From: Azolla caroliniana
Lineage: Eukaryota > Plantae > Polypodiophyta
Length of the DNA stretch: 64,000 nucleotides
Direction of reading: 5' to 3'
Assembly (NCBI GenBank): GCA_043228905.1
Contig: JBHGNT010000016.1
Span: 1,612,001 to 1,676,000 of the forward strand
Shown here: positions 12,454-26,999 of the stretch, in pieces
Numbering within the stretch: the first letter of the stretch is position 1
How the letters are laid out: the number at the start of each line of letters is the position of its first letter
Notes under the pieces: generated by a model
Databases searched by the model: none
What the model saw: only the letters and a program-made list of their open reading frames with translations
What the model was told of the DNA's origin: nothing
Position numbers and translations under genes: made by a program

Positions 12454-15400
12454 ACAATTTTCCCTCTCGTGAAGGTGGGGTTCCATTTTATATTGGTTCT
12501 TCTTTACATGGAAAGTTCATTGAGAAGAGTTCATACAATCAAAAATTATTGGATGCATGGGTATGTGCTACAATGTTTTAAAAAACTATCAAGACACATG
12601 AGCCCTATAAGGAGGCAACAAACAAAGGTTGTTTTGTATATACATATTGATCATAATTCAACATTCACACAGTTGGTCAATGCTGTTATTTGTTGCATGA
12701 GAGCCAACTTTCTAACACATGTAAGATGATATTGTACCACTATATGTCTTTTATGTCTTGTGCATACAACATGTTAATTGTAGGTATAGCTTGCCGCTTG
12801 GCTTAACACTACACATTGGAGCTTGATATGTAGTGTACACGCACATCTATGTGTGTGACTCTCAAGTTTTATGACATAGTCACAAGATGCAACAATCTTT
12901 GCTCGCATGTAGCTTACCAATGATCACAAATGCCCCTTTGAAAAATGGGTGTAAACATACTTTGTAATGTTTGTTTCAATTTAAGGATAGATTTTTACCC
13001 TTGCAAATTGTTCATATATTTCCAAAGGATGGTTTGTTCTCCCTCTTTCATGTTCTCAATTCGTGCTTCTCAATTATTTTCCTTGGCTTTTCTTATTAAC
13101 ACTACATGATACTACATAACATGTTCAATTTTAGAAACAACATTACCAAATGAGATTTGTTGTCCTCACTAGCAATTGTGACCAATCTGTATGACTAACA
13201 AACTTTTGTAACAACTTTGTCAAATGCTATAGACTATAAGAAGAAATATTTTTGCTTCTTGTTTTAACCTCCAAATGTGCAATGACTCTTTTTTTATCCA
13301 CTTCAAACTAGCATAACATAACGCTGCCCAAATACTATATTAAGTAGAAGAACAATGTATACGTAAATCCTAACTTTTGAATCCTAGAAGTATACAAGAA
13401 TACTCAATGATACGTGAAAAAAGCCCAAATTCTCAGGTAGATTTCTTAGAACCCTTGAACCTCACTCATCAATTTTGTGGTAGTTGCATTTGTTTTAAGA
13501 TCATTGGCTAGAGTAAGTAAGCCATCAACCTGGCCCTTTCACCACCATTATGGTTATATGAAGCAAAAAGCCTCATTGACTATTATCTTTTGTCGAATGT
13601 TTTGAGGTCCACGTAATTTCAAGTCTTTAGCAAATCATTTACTTAAGAATCATAATAGTTAATATTCATTGCACACGAGATGAATACTAGTTCAATATTT
13701 GCATAATTTATGGAGTGATTTTAGTATCATATGTGTGAGGATTGGAGAACATTTATGCCATTCAAGCATTTGAAATGTGATTATCTTCGCTTAACAACTT
13801 TATCATAACGTTCAATTGCAACCGCGAAATGATGATAAAGTATGTAATAATGCCAACTTCAAAAATAAATGGAATGGTAATATGAAAAACAATTATCTTC
13901 AAGAAAATTAAAGATTAAGAACTTAGAATCAATAACAACATAGTCTATTAGTAGGGTGGTTGATACACTTGTGTCAAAGAAGATAGTTTGGCCAACTTGT
14001 TGAATTAGGTAATTGTTCTTCATAACAGTATTAAATAGTTGTGTCTATTTGAAATCATAGTTTGAACTTCTTTGAAGATCTTGTTCCAATTTTTACTATA
14101 TTATGGTGTACCTTTGAAATGCACATATTGGGGTTTGCAACACATTTGGAATATGAGCAATTATTCCATGTTCGATGGTAAGCATAGGGCGAAAGCTTAT
14201 GTCAAGAAGGTTAATGCCATTCTCATGTGGAATTTTCGAATGTTGGAGCATGTGGGATCATTTCCTCAAATGCATGTTTAGGTTTTTTAAATAGGATGTC
14301 CCTTTGCCTACATGGGTGGAAAAGGCTAAGAACTGTGACAGTAGGTTTTACATGCAACTAATATAATTGTGTATTTTTATCCGGAGAGAGAGAGAGAGGA
14401 TGATGACAATGATGTATGATCGGCATCTAGAGGCTGGCAACATGATCTATGGGACTTGATGTAAAAACACATCTCATGGTATGATTCTCCTGGGATAGAT
14501 TAGGGAGGTAGGGTTCAATCACTCATTTGTAGTTCACCACTTCTCATCCATTTCCAAAGGTTGCATTTTGGGTTCTTAGAACACATGATTTTCTCTCAGT
14601 GAGTAAGTTAGAAGTTGGAGATCATCGCATTGTGTAATCATTGGCGGGATCCATGCTCCTTTGTCTCCTTTTCATACTTAATTATTGGTTGCCGACTTTT
14701 AGATTTCACCGTGGTAATCATCATAAATTTGGTCCTACCCATGTTGACTGGTGGACCATTATGCTCACATAAATCATTTTGCATTTTTCAACTTCGAGTA
14801 ATCCAAAAATACGACATCATATGCAATAATAAAAAGCAAATGTGTAAACTACCCAATTATTGTTTTTTTCTTATGTTTTGGATGAGCTTTTCTATTACAT
14901 ATTAGTCAAACTTAGATATACGTGGGAATGTCAAACATAGATCTACGGAGGATTTTTGAAATGGTTGTGTAAAACATTGATTGTTGTGCATGTACAAATA
15001 TTTTTCAACCTACATCTTGAAACCATTTCCAAACCATTTCCAAATATCTTGGACCCAACTAAATGAAATAATTTTCTTTTTGAGATATTTCCGTGGTATA
15101 TATCCAATTTCCACTATAACATTGGGAGGTGATTTGATCACATTGTTACTTTCAACATGCACTTGTAAACTCTTTGAAGAGCATAAAACTCTAGTGGCAT
15201 TCTTTTACCTAGTTTGCAAGGAATATTATTTGCTTCAATCTCCCATATATGGATTGTGCACACATACTCAAATTATGTATTGGGTTGTTTCAACTTTCAT
15301 TCTTATAGTTATAATATAGAAACCAAGATTGTTGATTGTATATGATTCACTTGACAACTATCTCACCCCGATCCCAAAATGTCAAAAGCAAAAGCTCCTT

Positions 15401-18400
15401 GGACCAATATGTTCAAAGTCCAATATACTCTCGTTATTGGTAATGGAGCTACAAAGACTACATTAACACACGAGACACGAGTTGAATAGGATAAAACTCA
15501 AAGAATCTAGCCAACTCAAGAATTTGACTAGAGATCCAATTTAATCCAAGGAGAATATGTACATTAGCAAGTTCCCATTGGCTACAGGGTTCACACGTGA
15601 CACACACACACAACTTGTATGATTAAATCATTTAAAAAACAAGAGTATTATTGGATATTAAGGCCCCCAAGAAAGAAAGAAATGTCTAGGTAGAAATAGA
15701 GACACGATACTCTTCGATAAGAAGAGATGCTCCAAGAAATGAAAGGGGTATTTGAAGAAATTTGATCAGTAGATTGGCATTACTAGAACAAAATTGAACC
15801 AGGTGAATCGAGTTTCCTTGAAGAGGCCAAGATGACTCATTCATTGGAGTTTCATTTATTATATTGTCCCAAAAGGATTTGAACCTGTGACCTCACGATA
15901 TAGGTGTCATATTTCAGAGTGTTTTAGATCATTAAAATATTCATGAATTTTCTAGATTATTCTAGAAAGCTTCGGTATGTAGGTGAAATATATATGATAA
16001 TCATATAAATATTTTATAACAGTTATCCTGATGATAAGGTTTTGAACTATAGCATAAGGTAATGGGCTCAAATTCTTTTGGGACAACATAAGTTTGTAAC
16101 CATGACAATTAGTGTGTAAAAGCTACTCGGAAGAAACTGGATGCAAATGGGAGAGAATGAAGACCAAAAGGTCGCATTAAAGTTGGGGCATCCAAAATCT
16201 TTAACAGATGAGAGCTCTTGCCCTTTTATGCAAACCAGAACCCTAAAAGTTCTTCTTTCACATTACAAGCCCTTTGTGCATTAGCCACTGCTACCTAATA
16301 AAGTGTAGCTTCTGCTCCCCACAAATTACAATATTGGCATATTTGTTGTATACATTTGGCCTATGACGATTAGTTTAGAATGGAAATATTTAACCTTATA
16401 GGGTTGTTAAAACTAAATAATTTGACATTATTTCCGTTAGCACTAGGCTAGAAAAAAACTGAACCATAACAAACCTCAGAAACACCAACACCCAACATCC
16501 CACTCTAGTCCATATTAAAAATGTCAAATTCTCTAATGGAGAAGGACACTCGACAATATAACCAATACCTCCCCTTGCTAATGATAGTGACACGTCTATA
16601 CAAATTAACCCCAAAACTTACGGGACATCCGGATGCCTATAACCACATAGATGCTTGAAAAATGGCTCGAAATTATGACCCTATTGCTGTTGTATTGGGC
16701 ATTGCAACCTTGGGATCACACCACACCCGAGCTCGATTTTGGTTTTGAACCATTATCAAGTCATTTTAAATAGTGGTAATTTTGTATCTCATACAAAGTT
16801 GCAACATGAAACACCCTTCACAATTAGTTTGTAGGTAAGTGGTGGCATGTTGATGGTGTTTCCTATGCATAGTTGAAGGGCACCAATGTCTTGTGAATGT
16901 AACGTGCTGCATTTGTGCATGTGCAAGTGGAACCACTAAGATTTTGGATCAGGGATGGACAAAATATAAGAAATTAAATTAAGGAGATTTAGAAGATTTA
17001 AACCTATGACATTTATCTAACATGAAGATGATAATGACCTATCGCACCGTGTTTTGCACTAAATCCCAATGATTGGTGGTGATTTAAGTCACCCTCACCC
17101 TTCACAATCATCATCACTTTCTTCAGTCTTATCCTCATCATAATTATCACTACATTTTTTATGATAATTTTTTTCCCTTACATTTTTGGTGACAAGCATC
17201 ATTCATATCAAATCCATTTTCAATTTTATACCTCATATCATTACCCATATCTTTTTCATTAAGCACGTCTTTATCAAACCCTACAATACATGTCTAATAA
17301 ACCATACCCTAATCTTTATAAAACACACTTGTGACCAATATACTTAAAGTCTCATATAAATCATCACCATCAAGCATAAAATCCAAAATTTTCATCGTGG
17401 CTGAATCAAGGCTTATCATCATTATAATTATAAGCATAAAAAATATGTTGTTGACATCTTCCTTATCAATTCTTGGCACATCATTAACTATAGTTGCATC
17501 CTATCCTACATACTTCCTAGTTTAAGCTATGTTGTTATAAAACATCCCATATCTTCATCTACATTATTATATTATTTTATGTTACCATATCAACATATTT
17601 TTTCAATATTATCCTCACCACAAACTCTTTCCCCATATTCATAAAAATTCCCCATGATTATCGGCTTAAAGCAAAAGAACACTATAATTGCAACTTAATG
17701 CAAAATGGTTACCATCATCCTCTTGATGCTCATCCTCATCCGTATGATGCTTATCATACTTACCCTTAACCTTATTAGAATCAAAACTAGAATAACTACA
17801 CAACTATTTTATATCATTACTACACACACTGGCTCTCATCACTATCATCATCATTGTAAAATTCCTTACCATTAGTCAACCCTAAACCCCATGAACCATT
17901 ATCACTATCACAATCATCATCAACATAATAATTACCTGTCCAAAATACATTAACATAATATACATTATCTCATTATGATAATTGAACATCCAAACACATA
18001 CTCATTGTTACGAACTCCTACTTCCATGAGTGTCAACATGATGACATTAAATATTCTTGAAATGTTTCTGCCCTCTATTGCTTCCTAAAGGTAGTCTAGA
18101 AGCAACCTTCAAATCCCTTAGTGCACAATGGCCATGCCAAGTGCTTGATCCCTCCTTCTACCTTGATCATTTCCTCCATGTTGTACATCAATATAAGGAG
18201 ATCCATTCTTTGGAACTTAGTACCCCCATCTTGAGCATAACTAAAAGTGAGGAATGAAGCTAAAACTTACAAGTGAAGGCTCGTGATCATGACTCAAATC
18301 ACAAAAACAAGAGCATGCAAGCTTAAGGAACTCCATTGAAAAAAGCTTTATGAATTTGTCAAAGGGAACAAACTAAAATGTTAATACTAACCCCTCACCC

Positions 18401-18434
18401 TTGAAGCATTGTTTCCTCTTTGATTAGTAGTGAT

Positions 18435-18782
18435 ATGTGAAAAGCTAGATAATTAAATTGAAAGAATGGTGAGGTTAGGAGCAACCCTTAGGATTTCACC
18501 CACGCACACAACTAAATACACAACATACATCCATTAATTATACGTCATGTATGCCAAAATAAGCTAGATTCTTATGCGTTCCATGTTACACCAATAAGGT
18601 AAAGATAACAACCCTCTTCGACACATGTACGATCATGATGATAATCTCCTTGGATATGTGGATGAAAACCTTGCTACATCTCTTAAATTATGATCATATT
18701 CTATGAGGCTTGGAAGATACAAGAACAGTTTATTTCTTAGAGTCTTTCATATATTACATAAAAATTGAATTAGGCCAAACCC
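18435..18782 (+). repeat. Diverged ~345-bp direct repeat, copy 1 (partner 20497-20840)
   Basis: Shared blocks gaaaagctagat, catgtatgcca, ataacaaccctctt.gaca, acgatcatgatgataatctcctt.gatatgtg, gaggcttgga, ctttcatat, taggccaaaccc. Confidence 0.8.
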
Positions 18783-19536
18783 TGAATAAGACAATCCACT
18801 TTGATCCCCCTTGATAGGCTTACACGAGAAACACTTGAGGAGAACCCAAATTCCTTGGCTATGGAATCAAGGGAGGTAGTGCCTCAATCTAAAATAATTG
18901 AAGTACAACGAAGAAGAAGTTCTATGGGTACCCAAGCTGGTCATGCCCGCTAAAAAACTCACAGATACTCCCCTTAAACCAATATATAGGCCTAAACAAA
19001 TAAAGAAACCAAGTGGGTTGACATACATGGGGTCTAACTTAAATGCCTAAAAACAATATATCAAGCACTTGGTATGTTAAGAAAATTGTGGGGACTAGCC
19101 ATGGTGATTACACCAATGTCGAACTTAGTTTTGACTACCCAAACATTGTCGAATCCACCAAAACTCAATGCCGCTTAACATAAAGCCCAAACAAATGAAA
19201 TCTCACTTCGAGGATACAAAGACAAATCAATTATATAGGTTATGAACAAGTTTGCAAACAATGGGGATTATGACAAGTACCAACAAAACTCATAAGAGCC
19301 GAAGGGTGGTTCAATGGTCACATTCAATTTTGATTGCTCAAGATGACTTGGATAGACAAGAAAACCCATAATATACACATCTCAAGGCCAATTGTTAATT
19401 TCTCAAAAAAAAGGGTGGTTCAATGGTGGAGCATTTTAATTTCAAGTGACAACATGTAGCACTAGGTGTTAATAAGCACCATGGTTGCCCCAATACTCAA
19501 TATATGTGCATAATAAACAAATGTGAACACAAACCA

Positions 19537-19891
19537 AGCTTAATATAACCAATCATACACCTTATTGAGATCCCATAGCTAGGATACCAAGGGATACAAA
19601 AGAAAGCGCAAATAGTCTATGAGTTAACAATGAAAAACTACCAACCTCCCAAGGAGCTTAATATAACCAATCATACACCTTATTGAAGATCCCTTCTCTA
19701 GGATACCAAGGGATACAAAACAAAGAGAAAATAATCTACAAGCTAACAATTAAAAACTACCAACCTCCTAAGGAGCTTAATATAACCAATCATACACCTT
19801 ATTGAGATCCCTTAGTTAGGATACAAAGGGATACAAAAGAAAGTGCAAATAGTCTACGAATTAACAATAAAAAACTACCAACCTCCCAAGG
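19537..19891. repeat. Tandem repeat, ~118-bp unit x3
   Basis: Units start at 19537, 19655, 19774 with agcttaatataaccaatcatacaccttattga and end in aaaaactaccaacctcc.aagg. Confidence 0.95.
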
Positions 19892-20496
19892 TGATACCTA
19901 GGAGTCCCAAACAAGCTATAGTAAGCTTAATAACTTGGATGATTTCATATTTTAGTAGAGGGGGTAAGGACCCGATCCATAATAACCAACATGTGGGATG
20001 GTTCTCTCGTCAAGACGAGAACATTGATTGATGTCAGACTCAAGTCATAGTTCTTCATGCATTGGGTTGTCATGAAGTGCATCACATCACATGTGCATGG
20101 ACAAGCATTGAGCCTCAATTCACATGTGGTGATCAAGGAACAAAAAATGGTAAAAATTGATTTTGGCAAGTTAGTTCTCACTCCCACAAACTCCAAAATA
20201 GATTAAGTAAACTACACCAATACACCACAACAAATAATTTAATGCCTAAGGGATAAGAGCATGTCACCACTTAGCATTTCAGCTTTACCTTACATTCTAT
20301 TATAATTACATAAATAACATTTTAAAGTAGATCATTTCCTCATGTTGGAGGTGGTTTCATATTGTGTGCCATTGGCAACATGATATTGCCCCATGAAATT
20401 TGTCTTTGAAGGAGAGGAATGGTGTCATAAGCACACAAAAGGTCATATATTTTGGGAAACTCAAAACTTGTGACCACCTTTGTCATATATTAAATA

Positions 20497-20840
20497 ATGT
20501 ATGAAAAGCTAGATGACGAATCTAAAGAATGACAAGGTTAGAACCGAACCTTAAGAATGCATACATGTACACAACTAAAAGGAACAACATGTATCCATCA
20601 ACAATAATCTCATGTATGCCAGAACAAGCCAAATTCTCATGCCTTCCATGGTACATTAATAAGGTGGAAATAACAACCCTCTTTGACAAGAGAACGATCA
20701 TGATGATAATCTCCTTCGATATGTGTTCAATGGAAAACTTTCTACATGTCCAAAATTATTAGGATATCCTACGAGGCTTGGATGACGAAATAACTATTGC
20801 TCTTTCATATGCTAGATAAAAATTGCAATAGGCCAAACCC
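20497..20840 (+). repeat. Diverged ~345-bp direct repeat, copy 2
   Basis: See 18435-18782. Confidence 0.8.
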
Positions 20841-21201
20841 AAGTTTGTGCAATGGTTTAACTCTTAGGCATGTTCCAAAAATCCCACAATCTAAGTCAAG
20901 GTTGGTTCTTCAAGAGAAAATGCATGATCGCATCAAGGATAGAAGTGACATCTGGTTGTTCTAGGATGAATTGGCCAAATATTGGAAAAAGTTAATGTTT
21001 GTTGCATGCTTATGTTGCTTGATTGGTGTTCATGGCTGACTATCTCAAAGTTTGACTTAGAAATTAACTATAATCCTAGATAATTTTGTATACTACATGT
21101 TTTGGGCCTAGTTGTTTCCTATTAGACTTGAGCTAATACAAACAATTATAATGATTCATATGAGTTATGTATGCACCCCAAAGTGCTTAAGCTAGGCAAC
21201 T

Positions 21202-21380
21202 AACTAGACCATGCAACCTCTTAAAAGGTATATGTGTAGAAAACATTTTGGTGGAGGTAATATGTTATTTTGTACAAAAGTTACATATGCAACTAGATCG
21301 AAGATCAACCTCTTAAAAGGTATATGTGTGGGGAGTCAACTTTGGGAGGAGAGAATATGTTATTTTACAGAAAAGGTTAG
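21202..21380. repeat. Diverged two-copy tandem repeat (~92-bp period)
   Basis: caacctcttaaaaggtatatgtgt at 21214 and 21306; aatatgttatttt also repeated. Confidence 0.75.
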
Positions 21381-21619
21381 TATCTATAGAGAAACGAGAA
21401 TTTGAAGATTCATGGTGGCATGTTGTCTATCGTATGCTCTCATTTAAATGCCCACAATTTGTTATGGGTCAAACATTTAATGTTGTCCCAAGGATGAAGT
21501 TTGAGACCTTGTCTATTAAAGAAATGGCCTTATGACTATTGATTAGGCAGGTCAAAGAATTGCAGAGGACATGATTTAACCCCCAACAAACTTGACGAGC
21601 CGAGAGCAACAAAAACCTA

Positions 21620-21700
21620 AATTTATTTATTTATTTGATAAAGATATCCTTTCATTAGTGTAAACAATTTACAAAGTTTTGAACTCTTACGTGATCGGCT
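21620..21700 (-). mobile_element. Isolated LINE 3' terminus, inverted relative to the adjacent LINE, with (TAAA)n tail
   Basis: 21645-21683 is the reverse complement of 23282-23320 (37/39 identical). The tail reads atttatttatttattt on the + strand. Confidence 0.7.
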
Positions 21701-21799
21701 AAGGAAACAAAAAATGTTAAATTACAATTGAGAAAAAGAGAAAGAAGAAGATATACATACATACATATTCTTATCTCCACCCAAAAAGAACGAAAAAAA

Positions 21800-23320
21800 A
21801 ATCAATTGTCTCAGTCGAGGGAAATGGTAATCGATTATCCTTATGTTATTGAACACAAGATAGGGGTAATTGGATATGCCGATCGTAAATGGTATATTGA
21901 TCCACCGATAGAGGATATAAGGTCACGTTGGAAGTTGTGGGAGTTGGCTAAAAAACCTTTGTTAAGATTAGATTGGGACCCAGTTGATTATCAATGGACA
22001 GATCCATTTACAAGTAACAACTATAATTTTTTCCAATATTTTGTACAGTTGGGAAGACATGTGTCGGATAGGCAGGATGTGTTACCATCAACATTTTAAT
22101 ATTGGAATCAACAAGCTATTATTCACCAATTCTTTGCAAAGTTCTAGGTTAACTAAAAAATGAGCGTATCTTCAGGTTGTGTTTGTTGTCATTTACAAAC
22201 TGAAACTCAAAAACATTGTTTATGGGAATGCATTGAGTCTCAACTGGTATGGCAATGCCTCAGAATTTTTGCTAAATATTTCCCCCCATTGGTTTGGACG
22301 TCGCTTGTCTGTTATGCTTTCTATTACGACATTGAATCTATGGACCATGATTTTTATTATTATATAGAAAGCATATCCTTCCATTAGTTTTAAAAAGCAT
22401 ATAAGCTACAAAATACAAAATGATGGAAAGGAATTGATTACCTTCCCCAACCTGTCTTATGTAAGACAATGGCTGCCATGAATCCTTCGTTTGATAGACT
22501 TGATTGAGCACTTCCTCAATAGTTGAAACATACCATGAATTTGCATATATGCTCAAAGCAAATCAATCTTCCTCATCATATTCATATTCAACATATCCAG
22601 ATACCACCTTTGGGTCATTTAATCCTTGACAAACTTTACATGCATCCAATATACCACCACATTTACAATGACCAAGCATCCTCTATTTTCCATATTCAAC
22701 GTAAAACAACAAAGAATTATGGTATAGAGGTCATTTTGTATGCCTCGATCCATGATTTCAGCATGTATGAACATGCCTTCATGTAAAGCCATGTGATCGA
22801 CACCCACCTTGAGGGATCTCAGCCCATCGAACAGTTTATATGCATTCGATAAACTTCCACATGTTGCATATATGGACCATGGATTTTACACTAAATCTAG
22901 AAGTGTTTGTGCACTACCATTACCGTCTCTAAAGTTTTTAGGGATAATGAAGGAAATCCAACCACTATGGGAGATACCGAGTAGTACGATTATATATAAC
23001 ATTTGGAAGGCTCGTTGCTCTCTCATTTTCCATTAAGTTAAAGCATCACTAGCTGAATTGGTTACAAATATTTGGTTGGACATGGTTCATACTCTGAAGG
23101 GTCAACATGATTGAATAGTTGGAGTTTCTGATGCTAAAACTGCTCAACGTCATGAGTTTCTTATTGTGTGGACAATGACTCCATTCATGACCTCCAAGAA
23201 TGGCACTCCATTTCTGGCACTTTCAACCTCCAAAATGGTTGTTTCCGCTGCTGATCACATAGACTTCAAAATCACATAGACTTCAAAAGCTTGTAAATTG
23301 TTTACACTAATGAAAGGATA
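21800..23320 (+). mobile_element. 5'-truncated, decayed L1-type LINE (ORF2 C-terminus with zf-RVT)
   Basis: Broken peptides LDWDPVDYQW, CVCCHLQTETQKHCLWECIESQLVW (zf-RVT CCHC knuckle), WEIPSSTIIYNIWKARCSLIFH. Ends in tgtaaattgtttacactaatgaaagg. Confidence 0.8.
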
Positions 23321-23339
23321 CACAATGCACACACACACA

Positions 23340-23586
23340 CATACATACATACATATGTACTCTAATCTCCACCCAAAACGAAGAAAAGAATGACTACATA
23401 CATACATGCATGCATGCATACATACATACATACATACATACGTACGTACGTACGTACATACATACATACATACATACATACATACATGCATACATACATA
23501 CATACATACATACATACATACATACATGCATACATACATACATACATACATGATACATACATACATACATACATTCATACATACAT
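23340..23586. repeat. (CATA)n microsatellite tracts
   Basis: Direct reading; interrupted by an atctccacccaaaa unit. Confidence 0.95.
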
Positions 23587-26500
23587 GCTCTTCTGATCTC
23601 CACCCAAAAAGAATGACTACACAAACACGTGACACACACAGAAAGACACGAAGGAAGGGCCTGCCCTTTGTCATGCTCCTACTCACTGGTCCCGCCCATA
23701 GTACTCTTGCTATCCAGAATCGGTAACGCTACTTTGGCCTCCATTCTGAATCTTTGTCTTGTTCTCTTTTTCTTGTTTTTTTGTTCTTTTTTTCATCCCC
23801 CATCTATCTTTGCTTGTGATCATTTCATTCAGCTCTCTGGCTCGAAGTTGCCCTATCAGAAGAATCATCCTTTTACTTAAGGTCTTCCTATCTCATTGTT
23901 CAGGTTAGTGAATCATCATTGCTATGTTATGTAGATAGAGATTGGTAGATTAGATTGATTTTGTATTCATTGTCAACAAAAAAAAAGTAAACAATCAAGA
24001 ATGATGCTCGAATATGATGAATGTAACCGAAGAAGTGCAAAACAATAATAATTACCTAATATGACCCATGGCATGGAACGAGGAAAAGGGCATCCAAGGA
24101 GAAGAAGGGTAATCCAAATTTGACATAGTAACTAATGAAGGGCGTACAAGAATGACCAAATGTGAACTATGGTCTGAGTGTATGGCATATTAACGAGCAA
24201 ATAACCTATGGCGCCGAAAAACTGGCATATTAAAGAAACCAAATGTGACCCAGGACAGGGACATATATGGAGTTTCTCCACTTCCATGAGAGACTCGGCT
24301 GGGTACATGTATAAAAGGTAGACGAATAAAGGGAATGCCAAGCGTCATTTATAATGATTCCATTTTGGTCAGGAGTTGGTAGAAGCTAGTGGCACTTGTA
24401 GGAATTCCTGATAATTATTATGTAACATGTTCATGAAACTAGACATCAAATTGATTTTTGAGAAGGGTTTGAAAAAAGGTGGAGGTTGTTTGTGAATATA
24501 ATCCCAAAACAATGTGAGTGTAAATAAATATCTTGAAATTGGCACCAATTGCATATCCAATCAGTTACAAGTTGTGTATCAATTTAAGTCCAATTGGATG
24601 TCCATTCGGTCAGTAGTGCAGATTACAGTGAATTCTATCTAATTCTTTTCAATTTGCTTAGTTGGAAATTGGTTGTAGGTGAACTCATCTGGCTATTATT
24701 GGGTATGGAAGAGGAGCAGCCGAGCCAAGTGATTAAACTATAAATTAACTATTAGTTTAGAGCTAATGCTGAGAGTACAGCACAAAAACCTGCTTGAACA
24801 AGGAAATCATTCTAAGCATGATTTGTAGGAACTCTAAAATCGACAAAACTCTAGTTCTTGTACATATTAAAACCCCTAATTTTAACTTTCATTGAAAACC
24901 TTTCTGTTTAAACACAGTTGCGGTCAGTAACCATGGAATCAAAGAGAAAAAACTCAGTTTCTTGCTGTCATTGGCAACAAACACAATCAGATACGATGAC
25001 TAATTGTGTTTGTAACCAGATACGTACAATCTGCGAGTAGTTGCAACAATTTCAATTACATGGCTTGCAACAGCTTTATTCCGAGAGTGCTTTCTATTTC
25101 TTTGTGTCAAGCTTTTTTGCGGAAAAATATTTTATGCTTTTATTGTTCCTTGTATTTTATGCTAAACCCTAAACCCTTTCAAATCACAAGTTTGAGCATT
25201 CATCTGTTTCCAGAAAGGTGAGATACTTCAACTCAACATTGTTCGTGTTATGTAAGAAAAGTGGGTTTGGGAGATAAAGACTCCTTGGAGTCAAGGTAGG
25301 GTCAAAATCTTGTTTATAATAGATAAAACAAGGCATCAGGATAATATTAAGTATTTAAGACTGGATTAGCTATATGTGATGATCTTACTTCTCCTCAATG
25401 TATTGATGTGTGCCATATCTAGGGTACTACTGAACTCTCACAATTCTTGTTGATCTGGATTCATATGATGTATCTTATCTCCAATAAGATAACAGTGTAT
25501 TCATGTTTTCTTTGCAGGTCATAGACATACAACCATGGTTGTAAGGTGGGGTTTTCTAGGTCCAAGTCAAAATAATTGACTGGTTTCCTTTCTTTATCTC
25601 AGAATTTGGCTTTCTATAGGGATTCATTTATTCTTTCTAGTGCAAATATTGATTCTAAAATTAAAGAATCACTTACAAATTACTTGTTAACGTAAAATGT
25701 TGGTTATAATATGCACATGCATGTCTGTTTCACAATTTTAGACTGTGTTCCCTTATCGCAGAGTATGTCTAAGTCATGTCATGTATGTAGGAACGACCAA
25801 CAGAAGGCATAGTTTGAAAGATGTCCATCAATATACAAAAATAAAGACATACATCCCATCTTATATGTGGTTACTGGAATTAAGCCTCTATAATGATTTT
25901 GAATTTATTGAAAAAACATCTATGGTATAGTTCATACCTTGGAAATTCTCATCGACAATATCAAACTTGTGGCTGTCATGCAGTTATCTGAAAATTTTCT
26001 TTGCTTTTTCATCTGTCTTATTTACACTGGCTTTATTTGATCCATTCCTTACCATTGCACAATTGATTAAGTCTATTTTGGACGTGTAAGAGACACACAG
26101 TAAAATTGTTGATTTTTGTATGATCTTTTCTATGGTTCGACATAAGTTGAGAACTCTCAAAAAGCTGAAAATTTTGTTTTATTTTATACATTATTGTTTG
26201 TTGTTTTGCTTTGTTATAAAGGTTTTCTCTACATCTCGTTTGCAATGTCAAACAGATATTCCCTTCAAAGAAAAGAAAACTTTAAGTTAATGTAAAAAGA
26301 ATATGGCATATGCGACACCCTAATGTTGGGAACTTTTATGATTCAAGGAAAAATGCAACAATTTATGTCAAGAGATGAAATGAATGCTACAATCCAAGCA
26401 AAAAATGATGATCCCATTCATATTATAACCTTCTTAGATAGGTTGTACCTAATCTCTTTAAAATTAAGTTAAGTTCAATAATAAGTAAAAGAAATCAATC

Positions 26501-26999
26501 ATCTTAGCAATCCACTCTTTGAAGCAAGACAAGTTCATGATGTGAAGGGAAACTGCCTATTATAGTTTGGTTATTAACCTTGGAAAGCAGACTAGCAAAT
26601 TGTAGGTTAAATAAACTCTTCAAAGAATAGGTTAATCCTACAAATGACATTAAAAGTTGTGATCCTACATAAGAGTCTCTTTTTGCAATTAATGACAACA
26701 ATTCTACCACAACCTTGATCTTTAGGAAAATAGGTGAAACTATTTTCGTTATGTTTCAAAATGAGCTAGAATCAATTCATTATGAACACACAATTGTGCA
26801 ATGTCCATCCAATTAATTGCTGAGTATAGGATGTGCTCCATCCAAACATTAAGTAAGAGGATAATTAATGTTTCCACTAGAAACGTAATCCATGCTTGAT
26901 TTTTTTGAGCCTCACAACTTCAAAGCCTTTGTGGATTTTTTGTTGATTTCATAACATAAAAAGCTTTGTTTTCATTCCAATTGAGTGAGGGTGGGAGAG

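Noticed and set aside
17000-18050. C/A/T-rich strand-biased tract
   Set aside because: Low-complexity decayed (ATC)-like sequence with no definable unit or coding signal.
19537-19891. CRISPR-like array (also considered 10980-11102, 39665-39781, 56876-57003)
   Set aside because: Whole units repeat with no unique spacers, the context is eukaryotic, and there are no cas genes.
23255-23726. ORFs of 68-143 aa with MYVC/HTYI repeats
   Set aside because: (CATA)n microsatellite artefacts.
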